This document shows positions 51,701-60,532 of a DNA stretch of 64,000 bases, piece after piece; the first letter of the stretch is position 1; each line of letters begins with the position of its first letter. Below the pieces are notes generated by a model that was not told the DNA's origin, searched no databases, and saw only the letters and a program-made list of their open reading frames with translations. A program made the translations under genes and the position numbers. The stretch lies in assembly GCA_963806225.1 (NCBI GenBank), contig CAWDXG010000004.1, positions 5,120,001 to 5,184,000 on the forward strand. The letters run 5' to 3'. Source of the stretch: an uncultured delta proteobacterium. GTDB taxonomy: Bacteria; Myxococcota_A; Polyangia; Polyangiales; Polyangiaceae.

Positions 51701-53424
51701 TGGGCTACTTCGGCAACTCGACGGTGATGGAGTACGAGCAGGACTACATGTCGCCCGGCATCGCGCCCTACGACTTCATGTACGTCAAGGCCGTGTACGC
51801 CAACATCCTCGAGACCTACGACATCGACAACGTCTCCAAGGGCGGCGTGGCCGAGAGCAACCAGGGCAACTTCGTGGCCAACCTCGCGGCGGACCGCGCC
51901 GAGTGGAGCCTGGAGAGCGACAACTTCGCCCACTACACGCACCTGGCCAACGACCTGCACGTCTTCCAGGAGAGCTACTGCCGTCCGGCGACGAAGGACG
52001 AGCTCAAGCAGGGCCAGTGGCGCATCGTCCACGGGAAGATCTGCACGCAGAGCCCGCGTGACCACTTCATGTGGAAGGACTTCTACGACGACGCCAACGA
52101 CGGACCGGCCCCGCCGACCACGCTGGCCCAGTTCGGCTGGACGTTCACCGACTGGCGCACGAATCCGAAGATGCCGCACGCCGACGGTCACGACCACGAG
52201 CGGTGGAGCTACCGCTACGGCGAGACCTACGGCACCGGCTACCTGCACACGAACTATCTGGACAACGGTGCTGACCCCTACGAGGTCACCATCAACAACA
52301 GCCAGATGTACGACATGACGTACCCGCGTACGTACTTCCGCTCGCAGTACAAGAACTACATGTTCAACAACATCCCGTCGCGGACGGCTGAGCGGTACTT
52401 CGAGCGTGCGCGTGCATTCCACTGGATTCTCGAAGGCAGCGGCAACATGGGCGAGGACACCCAGATCTACCAGCGCGCCGACCGCGAGACCTTCTACTTC
52501 CTGGCTCGCGCCGCGATGTCTCCGGAACCGGGACCGATGGTTGCCGGCACGGCGCTCGACGGTTCGACCATGTACGACGTGAGCAGCGGCGGCGGCGGCC
52601 TGTCGGTGCAGCCCTCGTTCGACATCGGCCTGATCGACGGCCGCTACGTCGGCGAGGACTACAGCGACTCCGATGGCGGCCAGTGGGACTACCTCCACTG
52701 GATCAACCACGCGGGCTTCGGCCTCGAGCGCGGCCTCGCTATCCGCTCGCTGCTGGATGGTCGTCCCACGCTGTACACCATCTCGCGCGAGACCTTCCTC
52801 GACGGTCGTAACGTCATGAAGAACTTCCGGACCGACGACGCGCTCGGCCTGGATCGCTACATCGGCGGCATCCTGTCCGAGGACTGGGCGAACGTTGCGC
52901 CCTGGGTCAAGGACAACGTGGGAACGGCGCCCGACGGCCTGCCCTACAGGTCGCCCCAGATGCTCAACCTGCTCGACCAGAACGTGACCCGCCCGGCGGG
53001 TGCGCAGGTGGTGTTCCCGAACATCGGGTACAAGACCGAGGTGCAGACCGTGGTGTGGGGCATGCTCTACGCGGCCATGGACTCGAACCTCACGCTGATG
53101 CGGAAGATGGCCATCTACATCAAGGGCATCGACGAGGTCGACGCGATCCCGGCGAACGAGTTGGTCTCGTTCACGGATCCGGATACCGGGCTCACCTACC
53201 TGGCCCGGAAGTTCGGCTCCGACACCATCAATGGCAACACGGTGGATTCGGGTATCGCCTCCCGCATGCTGCAGCACGCGAACATGCTCTTGACGAGCCC
53301 GTACGCGGCGGCCGACGGTTCCGACCTGCGCAAGTACGTCGGTCTGCTCGACACCGCGCATGAGGCCGAGCGGCTGCTCGCGCCCTACAGCGGCTGGAGA
53401 GCGATCGGCGTGGCATTCAACTAG
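48712..53424 (+). CDS. giant secreted lipoprotein, zinc-dependent metalloprotease (metzincin motif)
   Basis: GAGGAG RBS; lipobox LAGC; HEVGHTLGMRHNF (HExxHxxGxxH) and Met-turn-like STVMEY; Cys-rich inserts. Confidence 0.85.
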   Translation: MNRWTTWLVRGLALSVLVLAGCAQERAPINRVQPNALDKSFFVGAKLNDDSDNPEFYARAFVIDGSAQQSDISVGLYSGTDRIKWEITEDALIARKSYQIAQGQNDKGVPGGTKVNGTIVAKYKILSHFDIKRAYNPQTGEQLNIVEENTTDRPWQERKYMRVDWSTNEVVDPMWTEMFFGKIFGSETVEPLTYTVNDPTSEDAPHFEQKDGYFDITNKYYISPEKTALWGMQLPTCVLIGLYTGTTTNDCNAQEATVRHSFWKVDPNHDFEPTENTKRKMDIIANFGGAGSSFEPAFQGGTTQCWDPQYGYTQACFHQYLNKLNLWEQSHQRIGSCEADSDCVGKGLPDGSKCMPNHTCSVACTSDVDKNADGTADQCAKSRTGYKGSDGAQCDTTMHECTIPVRDRQLAAQGYWLNKETPAELLDQLDKTGAPTSAMLGADGKPAASDAPYKVPEFRGSMEDVIKSWNQLITTAIAYGREVECRRTGEDGTVKDPKKARSDCHAKYFVTNGGNDVTQMIAFGGWGIPTPKVLDQDDPAALVACHAPVRDYDFQKVCGQVTAKTCDPSSTAKQCAAGLGCNPEGHCADVARNGDQRKNMIFYWPWDSAAHYGGVAGLGGDPETGEEHGVTATIMGRSATRAAAIYRDYLQTAMGDFSVDDVTAGVPQHVYNKIMANGYSPDSAMARKARGATVAYSNPGDGSSAGATPASAPQTSNSPSIPAGGVTGTSQSAQQLSQRDNLIRLAQDRANSTLNVTLQNTAQLKWDALASQLRGTPIEADLVDPHWAMATIGADPRQALTSEELADASPLRNLDPGKLALWRAKIAGVLADRGICYTNDVTRIGSVNFQGLARYYEDKFHDMGLDTDVKTKDSTGLWLAGPRDPALVKKRGDFMYKDMFHGMATGIAIHEVGHTLGMRHNFASSYDSPNYMPQYWQLRTEEGKASKLCQDSSGNWVSRDPAKPDTCMGPRFADPQSLDEEGLAPPTNGQSNGRPGVGYFGNSTVMEYEQDYMSPGIAPYDFMYVKAVYANILETYDIDNVSKGGVAESNQGNFVANLAADRAEWSLESDNFAHYTHLANDLHVFQESYCRPATKDELKQGQWRIVHGKICTQSPRDHFMWKDFYDDANDGPAPPTTLAQFGWTFTDWRTNPKMPHADGHDHERWSYRYGETYGTGYLHTNYLDNGADPYEVTINNSQMYDMTYPRTYFRSQYKNYMFNNIPSRTAERYFERARAFHWILEGSGNMGEDTQIYQRADRETFYFLARAAMSPEPGPMVAGTALDGSTMYDVSSGGGGLSVQPSFDIGLIDGRYVGEDYSDSDGGQWDYLHWINHAGFGLERGLAIRSLLDGRPTLYTISRETFLDGRNVMKNFRTDDALGLDRYIGGILSEDWANVAPWVKDNVGTAPDGLPYRSPQMLNLLDQNVTRPAGAQVVFPNIGYKTEVQTVVWGMLYAAMDSNLTLMRKMAIYIKGIDEVDAIPANELVSFTDPDTGLTYLARKFGSDTINGNTVDSGIASRMLQHANMLLTSPYAAADGSDLRKYVGLLDTAHEAERLLAPYSGWRAIGVAFN

Positions 53425-53437
53425 TCAGCCGATAGCC

Positions 53438-53480
53438 AAGCGAACGCCGGAGCGAGTTATCGCTCCGGCGTTTCGCTTTT
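53438..53480 (+). terminator. rho-independent terminator
   Basis: AAGCGAACGCCGGAGCGA-gtta-TCGCTCCGGCGTTTCGCTTTT directly after the protease stop. Confidence 0.85.
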
Positions 53481-53548
53481 GTGCGCGCCAGGCAGCGGGC
53501 GCGGGCACCGCGGCCCCACCAAAGTGACGCCGCGGGCGCGGAGGCGCT

Positions 53549-54256
53549 CTAGCGCCGCGACGGCGGCGGCATCTGGGCGCGCCTGAGCAGCCCGTGGATG
53601 CGCGCCGCCAGCTCGCGCGCGCGAAACGGCTTGCTCACGAAGTCGTCCGCACCCGCCTCGAAGGCTTCGACGATGTCTTGACTCGAAGCGTGCGCCGTCA
53701 GGAACAGTACCGGCAGGCGCGCCCACGAGCGCTGCTTCTTCAGGCGCCGGCAGAATTCGACGCCGGTCATGCCGGGGAGGTTCCAGTCGAGGACCAGCAG
53801 GTCGGCGGACTGGCCCCGGAGATGGTCGAAGGCCTCCTCCGCGCTGGACACGGCAGATACGCTGAAGCCGTCGCCGTGCAGCATGCGGCTCACCACCCGC
53901 TGCAGATCCGGATCGTCATCCACGACCAGCACCCGCGCATCCGCGGGCGGCTGCACATTCGGCATCGACAACGGCATGCTCGGTGGCGGAGGCGAGGGCG
54001 GTCCTTCGGCGTTGGCGAACTGCCACAGCTGCTCCCAGTCGCGAGGTTTGAACGCGAGCCGGAGACCGTCGCCGCGGTCCGCGATACAGGCCGCGATGTC
54101 GATGCAGTCGTCGCCCACGCTGACGGTGCAGAGCACCCACTCGCCGTCCCTGAATCCCTCGCCCCAGGGAAGCTCGAGATCCTGCTCGTCGCCGCCCGCC
54201 TCCATCAGCAGCGAGAGCGCTCTGTAACTCTCGAAGGGGTAGACGATGCCGCGCAC
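53549..54256 (-). CDS. response regulator: small N-terminal beta domain plus C-terminal receiver
   Basis: VLVVDDD, LVLDWNLPG, FLTA, GADDFVSKPF; no DNA-binding domain. Confidence 0.85.
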   Translation of the reverse strand: MRGIVYPFESYRALSLLMEAGGDEQDLELPWGEGFRDGEWVLCTVSVGDDCIDIAACIADRGDGLRLAFKPRDWEQLWQFANAEGPPSPPPPSMPLSMPNVQPPADARVLVVDDDPDLQRVVSRMLHGDGFSVSAVSSAEEAFDHLRGQSADLLVLDWNLPGMTGVEFCRRLKKQRSWARLPVLFLTAHASSQDIVEAFEAGADDFVSKPFRARELAARIHGLLRRAQMPPPSRR

Positions 54257-54334
54257 GCCGCCGGGAGGGTAGCGCGCGGACCCGGCGCTTTCCAGGCCAC
54301 CCGCCCCTGGACCCGCCAGCCAGCCGGAGACCGG

Positions 54335-55021
54335 CTAGCGCTCGATGCGCCAGAGCGAAAGGCCCAGATAGGCCAGCGCCAGCGCGCCCAGCGCGACCCC
54401 GGCCTGCCACTGCGGCAGCGCCAGCACCGGAGCTCGGCCCAGCAGGTTGCGGATGTGGCCTCGCGGCCACGGAGCCGCCACGACGGTTGTGGTCGAGCCG
54501 AGCACCCAGTCGAGACAGAGGGCCCAGAAACGTCCTCCGCCGCGCCGGCCGAAGCTGGAGCCCAGCGCGAACCAGCAGGTATAGGCAAAGCCCGCGGCGG
54601 CGCCGATCCAGGCGCTGGCCAGCAGATCCGGGGCCAGTCCCGCGTCGGAAAGGCCGCGCGCGACCGTGACGCCGAGCAACGCCAGCAGCGCGGCGGCGAC
54701 CGCGCTCAGCGCAGCGCAGACTCCCAGCAGGCCGAGGGCGGCGATGCGTCGATTTGCGCCGTGGCGGGCGATCTCGTCCAGCGACTCTCCCAGGCGTCGG
54801 CTGTCGGCCGCGCGTTCCACGATCAGGTAGCCGAGGACGGGCACGGCGACGCCGAAGACCGCCCCGACCAGCGTGTGATCCGCGGCATCGAGTGCCGCGC
54901 TGTGACGCTCGAGCAGCGCCGCCGCCGCCACCAGGCCCGCCGCGAGCAACAGGGCAACCAGGCTGGCGCGACGCTGCAGACGGGACGTGGCGAGCAAGGC
55001 GCCGGTCGCGAGCGAGCTCAC
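54335..55021 (-). CDS. ABC-2-like membrane protein
   Basis: About 6 TM segments; GTGA overlap with the upstream ATPase-like gene. Confidence 0.6.
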   Translation of the reverse strand: MSSLATGALLATSRLQRRASLVALLLAAGLVAAAALLERHSAALDAADHTLVGAVFGVAVPVLGYLIVERAADSRRLGESLDEIARHGANRRIAALGLLGVCAALSAVAAALLALLGVTVARGLSDAGLAPDLLASAWIGAAAGFAYTCWFALGSSFGRRGGGRFWALCLDWVLGSTTTVVAAPWPRGHIRNLLGRAPVLALPQWQAGVALGALALAYLGLSLWRIER

Positions 55022-56088
55022 CGCGCGCCTCCTTCGGGGGGCTCGCCGTCGGCGGCTTCCGGCTCCGCAGGTGCGGGAGCCGGCGACCCGTAGAGCGGGG
55101 TGCCCGGCGCTCCCCGGCGGGGTTCCGCGCGGAAGGAGGCGCGGGCCTGCGCCTGGGCGCGGCGGTACGCCTGCTCGTACGCAGCTCGCTCCAGGCCCGC
55201 ACTGGCTCCCCGGACCACGTCCAGTGTGGGCAGCGTGGCAGAGAGCGTGGAGATGTGGATCGACCGCGAGATGGCGACGCGTGCGATGGCCAGCGCGAGC
55301 TCGGCGGGATCCGCTCCGCGCACCCGGATCGCGCCCGGGCTCTGCTGCTGATCCCAGTCCACGCCGGTGACGGCCGCTTCCCCGGCTAGCTCGGCTGCAA
55401 GGCGGCGCGGGTCGTCGCTCCGGACAACGAAGTCCGGCACGCTGCCCGGGGCGAGCTCCACCGGCAAGGGCGCGGCCTGCCGGACGAGACGCCCGCGATC
55501 GAGCAGCAAGAGCGAGCTCGAGAGTGCCGTACCGTCCCCTGCGCTGGCGGTCGTGCACAACACGCACGCGCCTTCTTCGGCGAGGCGAGCGACCCGGTCC
55601 AGCACCAGCTGCCGCGGCACACCCGGCACGCAAAGCGGCTCGTGCAATGCCACCAGCACGGGCTTGTCGCGCGCCAGCGCCACGGCCAACGCCACGGCCC
55701 TGAGCTCTGCCGCGTCCAGCGAGGCCGGTGGCCGATCCGCCCAGCTTCCGAGTCCCGCGGCGCCCAGCACATCGGCCGGCGCGCACTTCCGCTCGCCGGC
55801 GATCGAAAGCGCGCGGGCGACCGACGCGCCCACCGTCGCCGCCGGAATCAACCGCTCCTCGGCGAGCAACGAAGCGGTGCGCCGCCGGACCTCCGGACTC
55901 GCGTGCGGCTCGCGCCCGGCGACCCGCACCCCGCCGCGGCGCGGTCGGGCGAGCCCGGTTGCGACGGCGATCAGCTCACGGGTGCCATCGGCCGGCGCAC
56001 CCAGCACGACGTGCACGCCCGCGTCGAGCGACAGCTCCAGAGCGACGAGCGCGCCCTCGCTGATAGCAGACAGCTCCAGCACGCTCAC
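55018..56088 (-). CDS. ABC ATP-binding-fold protein with degenerate motifs
   Basis: VVLGAPADGTREL (Walker A position), GL.RPRRGGVRVAG, SLDAAELRAVALAVAL (signature position), VALHEP (Walker B position), LLLDRGRL. Confidence 0.7.
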   Translation of the reverse strand: MSVLELSAISEGALVALELSLDAGVHVVLGAPADGTRELIAVATGLARPRRGGVRVAGREPHASPEVRRRTASLLAEERLIPAATVGASVARALSIAGERKCAPADVLGAAGLGSWADRPPASLDAAELRAVALAVALARDKPVLVALHEPLCVPGVPRQLVLDRVARLAEEGACVLCTTASAGDGTALSSSLLLLDRGRLVRQAAPLPVELAPGSVPDFVVRSDDPRRLAAELAGEAAVTGVDWDQQQSPGAIRVRGADPAELALAIARVAISRSIHISTLSATLPTLDVVRGASAGLERAAYEQAYRRAQAQARASFRAEPRRGAPGTPLYGSPAPAPAEPEAADGEPPEGGAR

Positions 56089-56792
56089 GGCAGCGGCGCT
56101 CCGATCGCGACGAGATGCGGAACCAGTCCGGCGAAGACCGACGGAACACTGGGGACGAGCGGCCAGAGCGCCTGCACCACGTAGGGCCCCAGCACGAGCG
56201 CCAGGAGCACGAGGCGCGGTCGGCGGGGGCTCAGGTTTTCCGACCACCGCGCCAGCGCTGCCAGGACTATCGCGAGCAGCACGACGTAGCCGCTGACCGC
56301 CAGACCCAACAGCGCGCGGCGGGCTGCCAGCTCCAGCGTGCTGGACAGCAGCAGAGCCAGCACGGTAAGTGCCAGCGCGGGCCACCCGGAAGCGCGCGCA
56401 ATCGCCCGAGCTGTTGCGACCGCACGCGCGAAGGACAGCTCGCCTTTGCCGTAGCCGCGTTGCAACGCCAGTGCCGCGATCCCCTCGCGGGCATCGGCGT
56501 CTGCAAGGTCGCGTGCCGTCCCCAGTGCCGCAACGCCCGCGGCGAGCCACGCGAGCCACTCGAGACCGCGGATGGCGATCACGTCGAGCACGTCGCGCCC
56601 GCCGGCTGCCGCCAGTACGAGCATCAAGCCCGCGAAGCCCAGCGCGACGAGGGCGCCGAGCCAGCGAGCCAGCCGCACACCTGGCAGGGCGCGCACACGT
56701 GCGTCGTAGAAGCTGGTCAGGGCGATGAGGCGCCTAGCGCCCCTGGAGGGCCCGTGATGCTGCACTGCGGCACCGTGCACGGCGCGCAGCAT
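56085..56792 (-). CDS. ABC-2-like membrane protein (start uncertain)
   Basis: About 5-6 TM segments; stop overlaps the ATPase-like GTG. Confidence 0.55.
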   Translation of the reverse strand: MLRAVHGAAVQHHGPSRGARRLIALTSFYDARVRALPGVRLARWLGALVALGFAGLMLVLAAAGGRDVLDVIAIRGLEWLAWLAAGVAALGTARDLADADAREGIAALALQRGYGKGELSFARAVATARAIARASGWPALALTVLALLLSSTLELAARRALLGLAVSGYVVLLAIVLAALARWSENLSPRRPRLVLLALVLGPYVVQALWPLVPSVPSVFAGLVPHLVAIGAPLP

Positions 56793-56963
56793 ACCGTGCC
56801 CGCGCCGTGCCTCGCCTGGCATTGTCCAGGTGCATTCCGCTCGCTGGCCGGTTGCCCGCGCTTGTCTCGCAGGGCGCCAGCTCGAATCGGGATCGGCGAT
56901 TTGCTATTCTCGAAGCTCGGCACGGCTGCATTGCGCTGCTCTGCCGAACGACTGGAGGCCCGG

Positions 56964-59396
56964 ATGGTGCGCGCTTACTTCGTGCCGGCGATTGTGTTGG
57001 CTTTCGCGGGTCTGCTTCTGCCGGCCTGCGGTGGGGGTGCGGATTCGGCGCCGGGCGGAGGTACGGGTGGTACCGGGGGCTCGTCGGCAGCTGGAGGCAG
57101 CGCGGGCGCTGGCGGCGCCGCGGGCACCGACGGCGGTCCGGGTGGCGTGGGGGGCACGGGCGGCGTCTGCACCAGCCTGTGCACCACGCCGGATTCGGAC
57201 TGCGACAATATCCCCGACTCGGTCGAGGGCAAGGCGAAGAACCTCGACACCGACGGCGACGGCATTCCCGACTACCTGGACACCGACAGCGACGGCGACA
57301 CCATCCCCGACAAGGTCGAGGCCAACACCCTGAGCGGCTGCAGCCCGCCACTCGACAGCGATGGTGACGGCATTCCGAACCAGCTCGACACCGACAGCGA
57401 CGGCAACGGTATCCCGGACAGGAACGAGATCTATCCGGATGGGAAGGCGTACGACGCCAGCAAGTCCGGTACCGGATACGTCGCAGGGCTCGCGGACACT
57501 GACGGCGACGGCACTCCCGATGTCTACGATGACGACAACGACGGCGACACGCTCCTGGACAAGGACGAGCTGGTCGGCGGAAAGGCGGTCGATACCGACA
57601 AGGACGGCCTGCCCGACATGGACGACATCGACTCCGACGGCGACACGATCGCCGACGTGTTCGAGCGGCTCGACGACGCGGATGGCGACGGCAAACCCAA
57701 TTTTCGCGATCTCGACAGTGACTCCGATGGCGTTCCGGATGCGTGCGAAGCCGGATTCGGGCATACGGTGGTCGACAAGTCGGGCCAGCCGAACCCACCC
57801 GTCGACACCGATGGCGACGGCATCGCGGACTTCCTCGACGTCGACTCCGACGGGGATGGCCTGAAGGACGGCCAGGAAGACAAGAACGGCGATTGCCAGG
57901 TGAATCTCGGCGAGACCGACCGCACGCTGTACGACTCGGACGGTGATGGGGCGAACGACCTCATCGAGGTGAATCTGGGCAGCGATCCGAATTGCGCGTC
58001 GTGCACACCGCAGTCGGAAGGCAAGTACTACTTCGTGCTGCCGTACAAGCAGGCCCCACAGCCTCTCGATCAGGACGTCGTACTGAAGACGAACCTGAAC
58101 AAGGGCGATATCGCTTTCGTTGTCGACACGACCGGCACCATGGCCGGCGCGATCTCGAATGTGCAGACGAACCTCACCAGTCTCGTCAACGCGGTGAAGG
58201 CGGAGGTGTCGGATGCGCATTTCGGGGTGCTCGGACACGACGACTACCCGGTTGGCAGCTATGGCGATGCGAGCCAAGGCGACATGCCGGTGTGGCTACC
58301 CGCCGCCACCGCGTATCTGAGCGGCAAGGTCAGCGATACCGTCGGCGGCGTGAACGGGCTCACCTCGCACAGTGGCGGAGACAACCCCGAAGCGCAGATC
58401 CCCGCCATGTTCCGCGCGTTGCAGAACACGCCCCTGACCTGGCCGACGGGTTCGGTGCCTGCGTACAGCCCCGGGAGCGGTTACGGTGGGCTCGGGTTCC
58501 GCCCGGACGCGCTGCCCATCCTCGTGTCGGTCACGGACGCGCCGTATCACAACGGCAGGCGCGTCGATGCGCCCGGCACCCTCCACGATCCGTACAGCTT
58601 CAACACCGCGAACAACGTGCCGACCGTCGATGATCTGGTCAACACGATGAACTCGCATGGGGCGAAGTTCATCGGCATCTCGCTGGACGACGGTGCGGGA
58701 CGGACCGGCGGCACGCCCGGTGACCCTTATCTCGACATGGCGTACATCGCCGACCAGACGAATTCGCTGGTGTCGCCCGCGGAGGCGTTCAACGGCACGA
58801 AGTGCCTGACGAACATCGCCGGTGGAGGGCTCGCTCCGGACGGTGCGAACGGCACCTGCCGACTGATCTTCAGCGCCTACAAGGACGGCACGGGCGTTGC
58901 GCAGACGGTGCAGAAGGGCATCTTCGCACTGCTCAGCGGTATCCACGTCGACGTGCGCGTGGCCGCGTTGGCTGTCCAGCCGCCGTACCTGGCCTGTGGC
59001 GGAAACCTGTACAACGCCGTCGACGATCTGATCGACCACATCGAGGTGTACGCGCCGGGCCAGATCCAGGACCCCGCGGACCCCGGCTACTCGTGTGCCA
59101 CGATCCCCGTGGCGAAACTCAGGGACTGGTACACCGGGCCACGCGCCGTGGTGGGTGGCGAACCCCCGAACGAGAAGTCCGACTCCTACGACGAAACGGC
59201 GATCGACATCACGCCGGGCACCCGCATCTGCTTCAAGGTGGTACCGAAGATGAACACGATCTGTCCGCAGACCGACAGCGTGCAGATCGCCCGCGCCTCG
59301 CTGGTGGTGCACGCGCGGAACGTCGGGCAGTCGCAGGATCTGATCGTCGGTCAGCCGCGCGACGTGTTCTTCGTCATTCCGCCGAAGTCGCAGTAG
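56964..59396 (+). CDS. lipoprotein with Ca-binding TSP3-like repeats and vWA domain (CglD-like adhesin)
   Basis: GGAGG RBS; lipobox LPAC; Gly-rich linker; many DxDGDGxPD repeats; DIAFVVDTTGTM (MIDAS-like), GGDNPEA, GFRPDALPILVSVTDA. Confidence 0.8.
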   Translation: MVRAYFVPAIVLAFAGLLLPACGGGADSAPGGGTGGTGGSSAAGGSAGAGGAAGTDGGPGGVGGTGGVCTSLCTTPDSDCDNIPDSVEGKAKNLDTDGDGIPDYLDTDSDGDTIPDKVEANTLSGCSPPLDSDGDGIPNQLDTDSDGNGIPDRNEIYPDGKAYDASKSGTGYVAGLADTDGDGTPDVYDDDNDGDTLLDKDELVGGKAVDTDKDGLPDMDDIDSDGDTIADVFERLDDADGDGKPNFRDLDSDSDGVPDACEAGFGHTVVDKSGQPNPPVDTDGDGIADFLDVDSDGDGLKDGQEDKNGDCQVNLGETDRTLYDSDGDGANDLIEVNLGSDPNCASCTPQSEGKYYFVLPYKQAPQPLDQDVVLKTNLNKGDIAFVVDTTGTMAGAISNVQTNLTSLVNAVKAEVSDAHFGVLGHDDYPVGSYGDASQGDMPVWLPAATAYLSGKVSDTVGGVNGLTSHSGGDNPEAQIPAMFRALQNTPLTWPTGSVPAYSPGSGYGGLGFRPDALPILVSVTDAPYHNGRRVDAPGTLHDPYSFNTANNVPTVDDLVNTMNSHGAKFIGISLDDGAGRTGGTPGDPYLDMAYIADQTNSLVSPAEAFNGTKCLTNIAGGGLAPDGANGTCRLIFSAYKDGTGVAQTVQKGIFALLSGIHVDVRVAALAVQPPYLACGGNLYNAVDDLIDHIEVYAPGQIQDPADPGYSCATIPVAKLRDWYTGPRAVVGGEPPNEKSDSYDETAIDITPGTRICFKVVPKMNTICPQTDSVQIARASLVVHARNVGQSQDLIVGQPRDVFFVIPPKSQ

Positions 59397-60327
59397 CGCT
59401 GCGCTCTCCGAGCGCCCGCGTGATCTCCGGATTGTCGGGGGAAAGTCGCCTGGCGCGGACGAGCCAGGCGTGGGCGCCCGGATCGCGCAGGCGATAGAGC
59501 GCCATGGCGAGAGCGTACACGCTCACCGGGTCGTTCGGGTCGAGCCGGACGGCGCGGCGTGCCGCACGCACGGCGCGCTCGGGGCGGCGGAGCGCAAGAT
59601 CGGCCGTGGCCATCCAGCCCAGTGCCGCTGCGGCCGTGTCGTCGTGGGAGGCGGCGAGCGGCGTGAGCGCTTCGAGCGCCCTCTCTGCGTGGCCGTGGCG
59701 GAGCTCGGTGCGGGCTGATAGCAGGCCGAGCTCCGCCGAGCTGGGGAACAACTGCGTGCCCTTTTCGGTGATCTGCTCCGCTTCGCGCACGCGCCCCAGC
59801 CGGAGCAGCGACTCGGCGAGCCCGGCGTAGCCGGACGGGTCGTCCGGAGCCACTTCCACCAGGCGCTTGAACTGGAGCCGCGCGCGCTCGATGCGCCCCG
59901 CCTGGAACAAGAGGCGCGCCAGATTGGCCCGCGACGGGGCGAAGCCGGGATCGACCTCGAGCGCGGCGCGGTAGTGCTTCTGCGCGCGGTCCGGTCGGTG
60001 CTCGCGCTCGGCCAGGACGCCCAGGCCATGGTGGGGCTGCGCGATGTCGGGATTGAGCTGCTCGGCGCGCGACAGGAGCTGCCGTGCGCGGTCGAAGTTG
60101 CCGCGCTGCATCTCCACCAGCCCCATGTTGGTGAGGGCCTCGACATAGCGGGGGTTGTATTCCAGGGCGAGCGAGAAGCGGGCGTCCGCCGTTTCCAGAT
60201 CGCCGCGTTCGAGTGCCTCGACTCCGGCGCGGTTCAGCGCCAGCGCCTTGGGAGGAAGAGGCGCCGCGCCGGCGCACGCGGGCAGGGCGAGCAGCAGCAG
60301 GAAGGCGAGCAGATATCCGGACCTCAT
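59374..60327 (-). CDS. TPR lipoprotein
   Basis: LLALPAC signal; repeated TPRs (ALEYNPRY, AEQLNPD, ALEVDPG, AVRLDPND). Confidence 0.85.
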   Translation of the reverse strand: MRSGYLLAFLLLLALPACAGAAPLPPKALALNRAGVEALERGDLETADARFSLALEYNPRYVEALTNMGLVEMQRGNFDRARQLLSRAEQLNPDIAQPHHGLGVLAEREHRPDRAQKHYRAALEVDPGFAPSRANLARLLFQAGRIERARLQFKRLVEVAPDDPSGYAGLAESLLRLGRVREAEQITEKGTQLFPSSAELGLLSARTELRHGHAERALEALTPLAASHDDTAAAALGWMATADLALRRPERAVRAARRAVRLDPNDPVSVYALAMALYRLRDPGAHAWLVRARRLSPDNPEITRALGERSATATSAE

Positions 60328-60532
60328 GCCGCGCTCCATCGACCGCCCGCGCCGGCTGGTTGCGTGCTTGCTGCAGTCCGGCCAACTGATCGGCCGCGTG
60401 GCCGGCCGCCGGCGTGCGGCCTGTCCTGTCGTCAACCCCACGCTTTCGTAGCGCTTGTTCAAGGCACGGAAAATGCCCGGGCGCCCGCGGAAGCTGTTGC
60501 GCTGTGCCGCCCGGGCGGGGATGCTCCCGGCC

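Noticed and set aside
48529..53361. 1610-aa minus-strand ORF
   Set aside because: Antisense shadow of the strongly codon-biased protease gene; no motifs.
56919..56936. CGGCACG...TTGC upstream of the CglD-like gene
   Set aside because: Spacing is N12, not N10.
57190..57990. Recurrent GACGGCGACGGC DNA motifs
   Set aside because: Explained by the encoded DxDGDG calcium-binding repeats.
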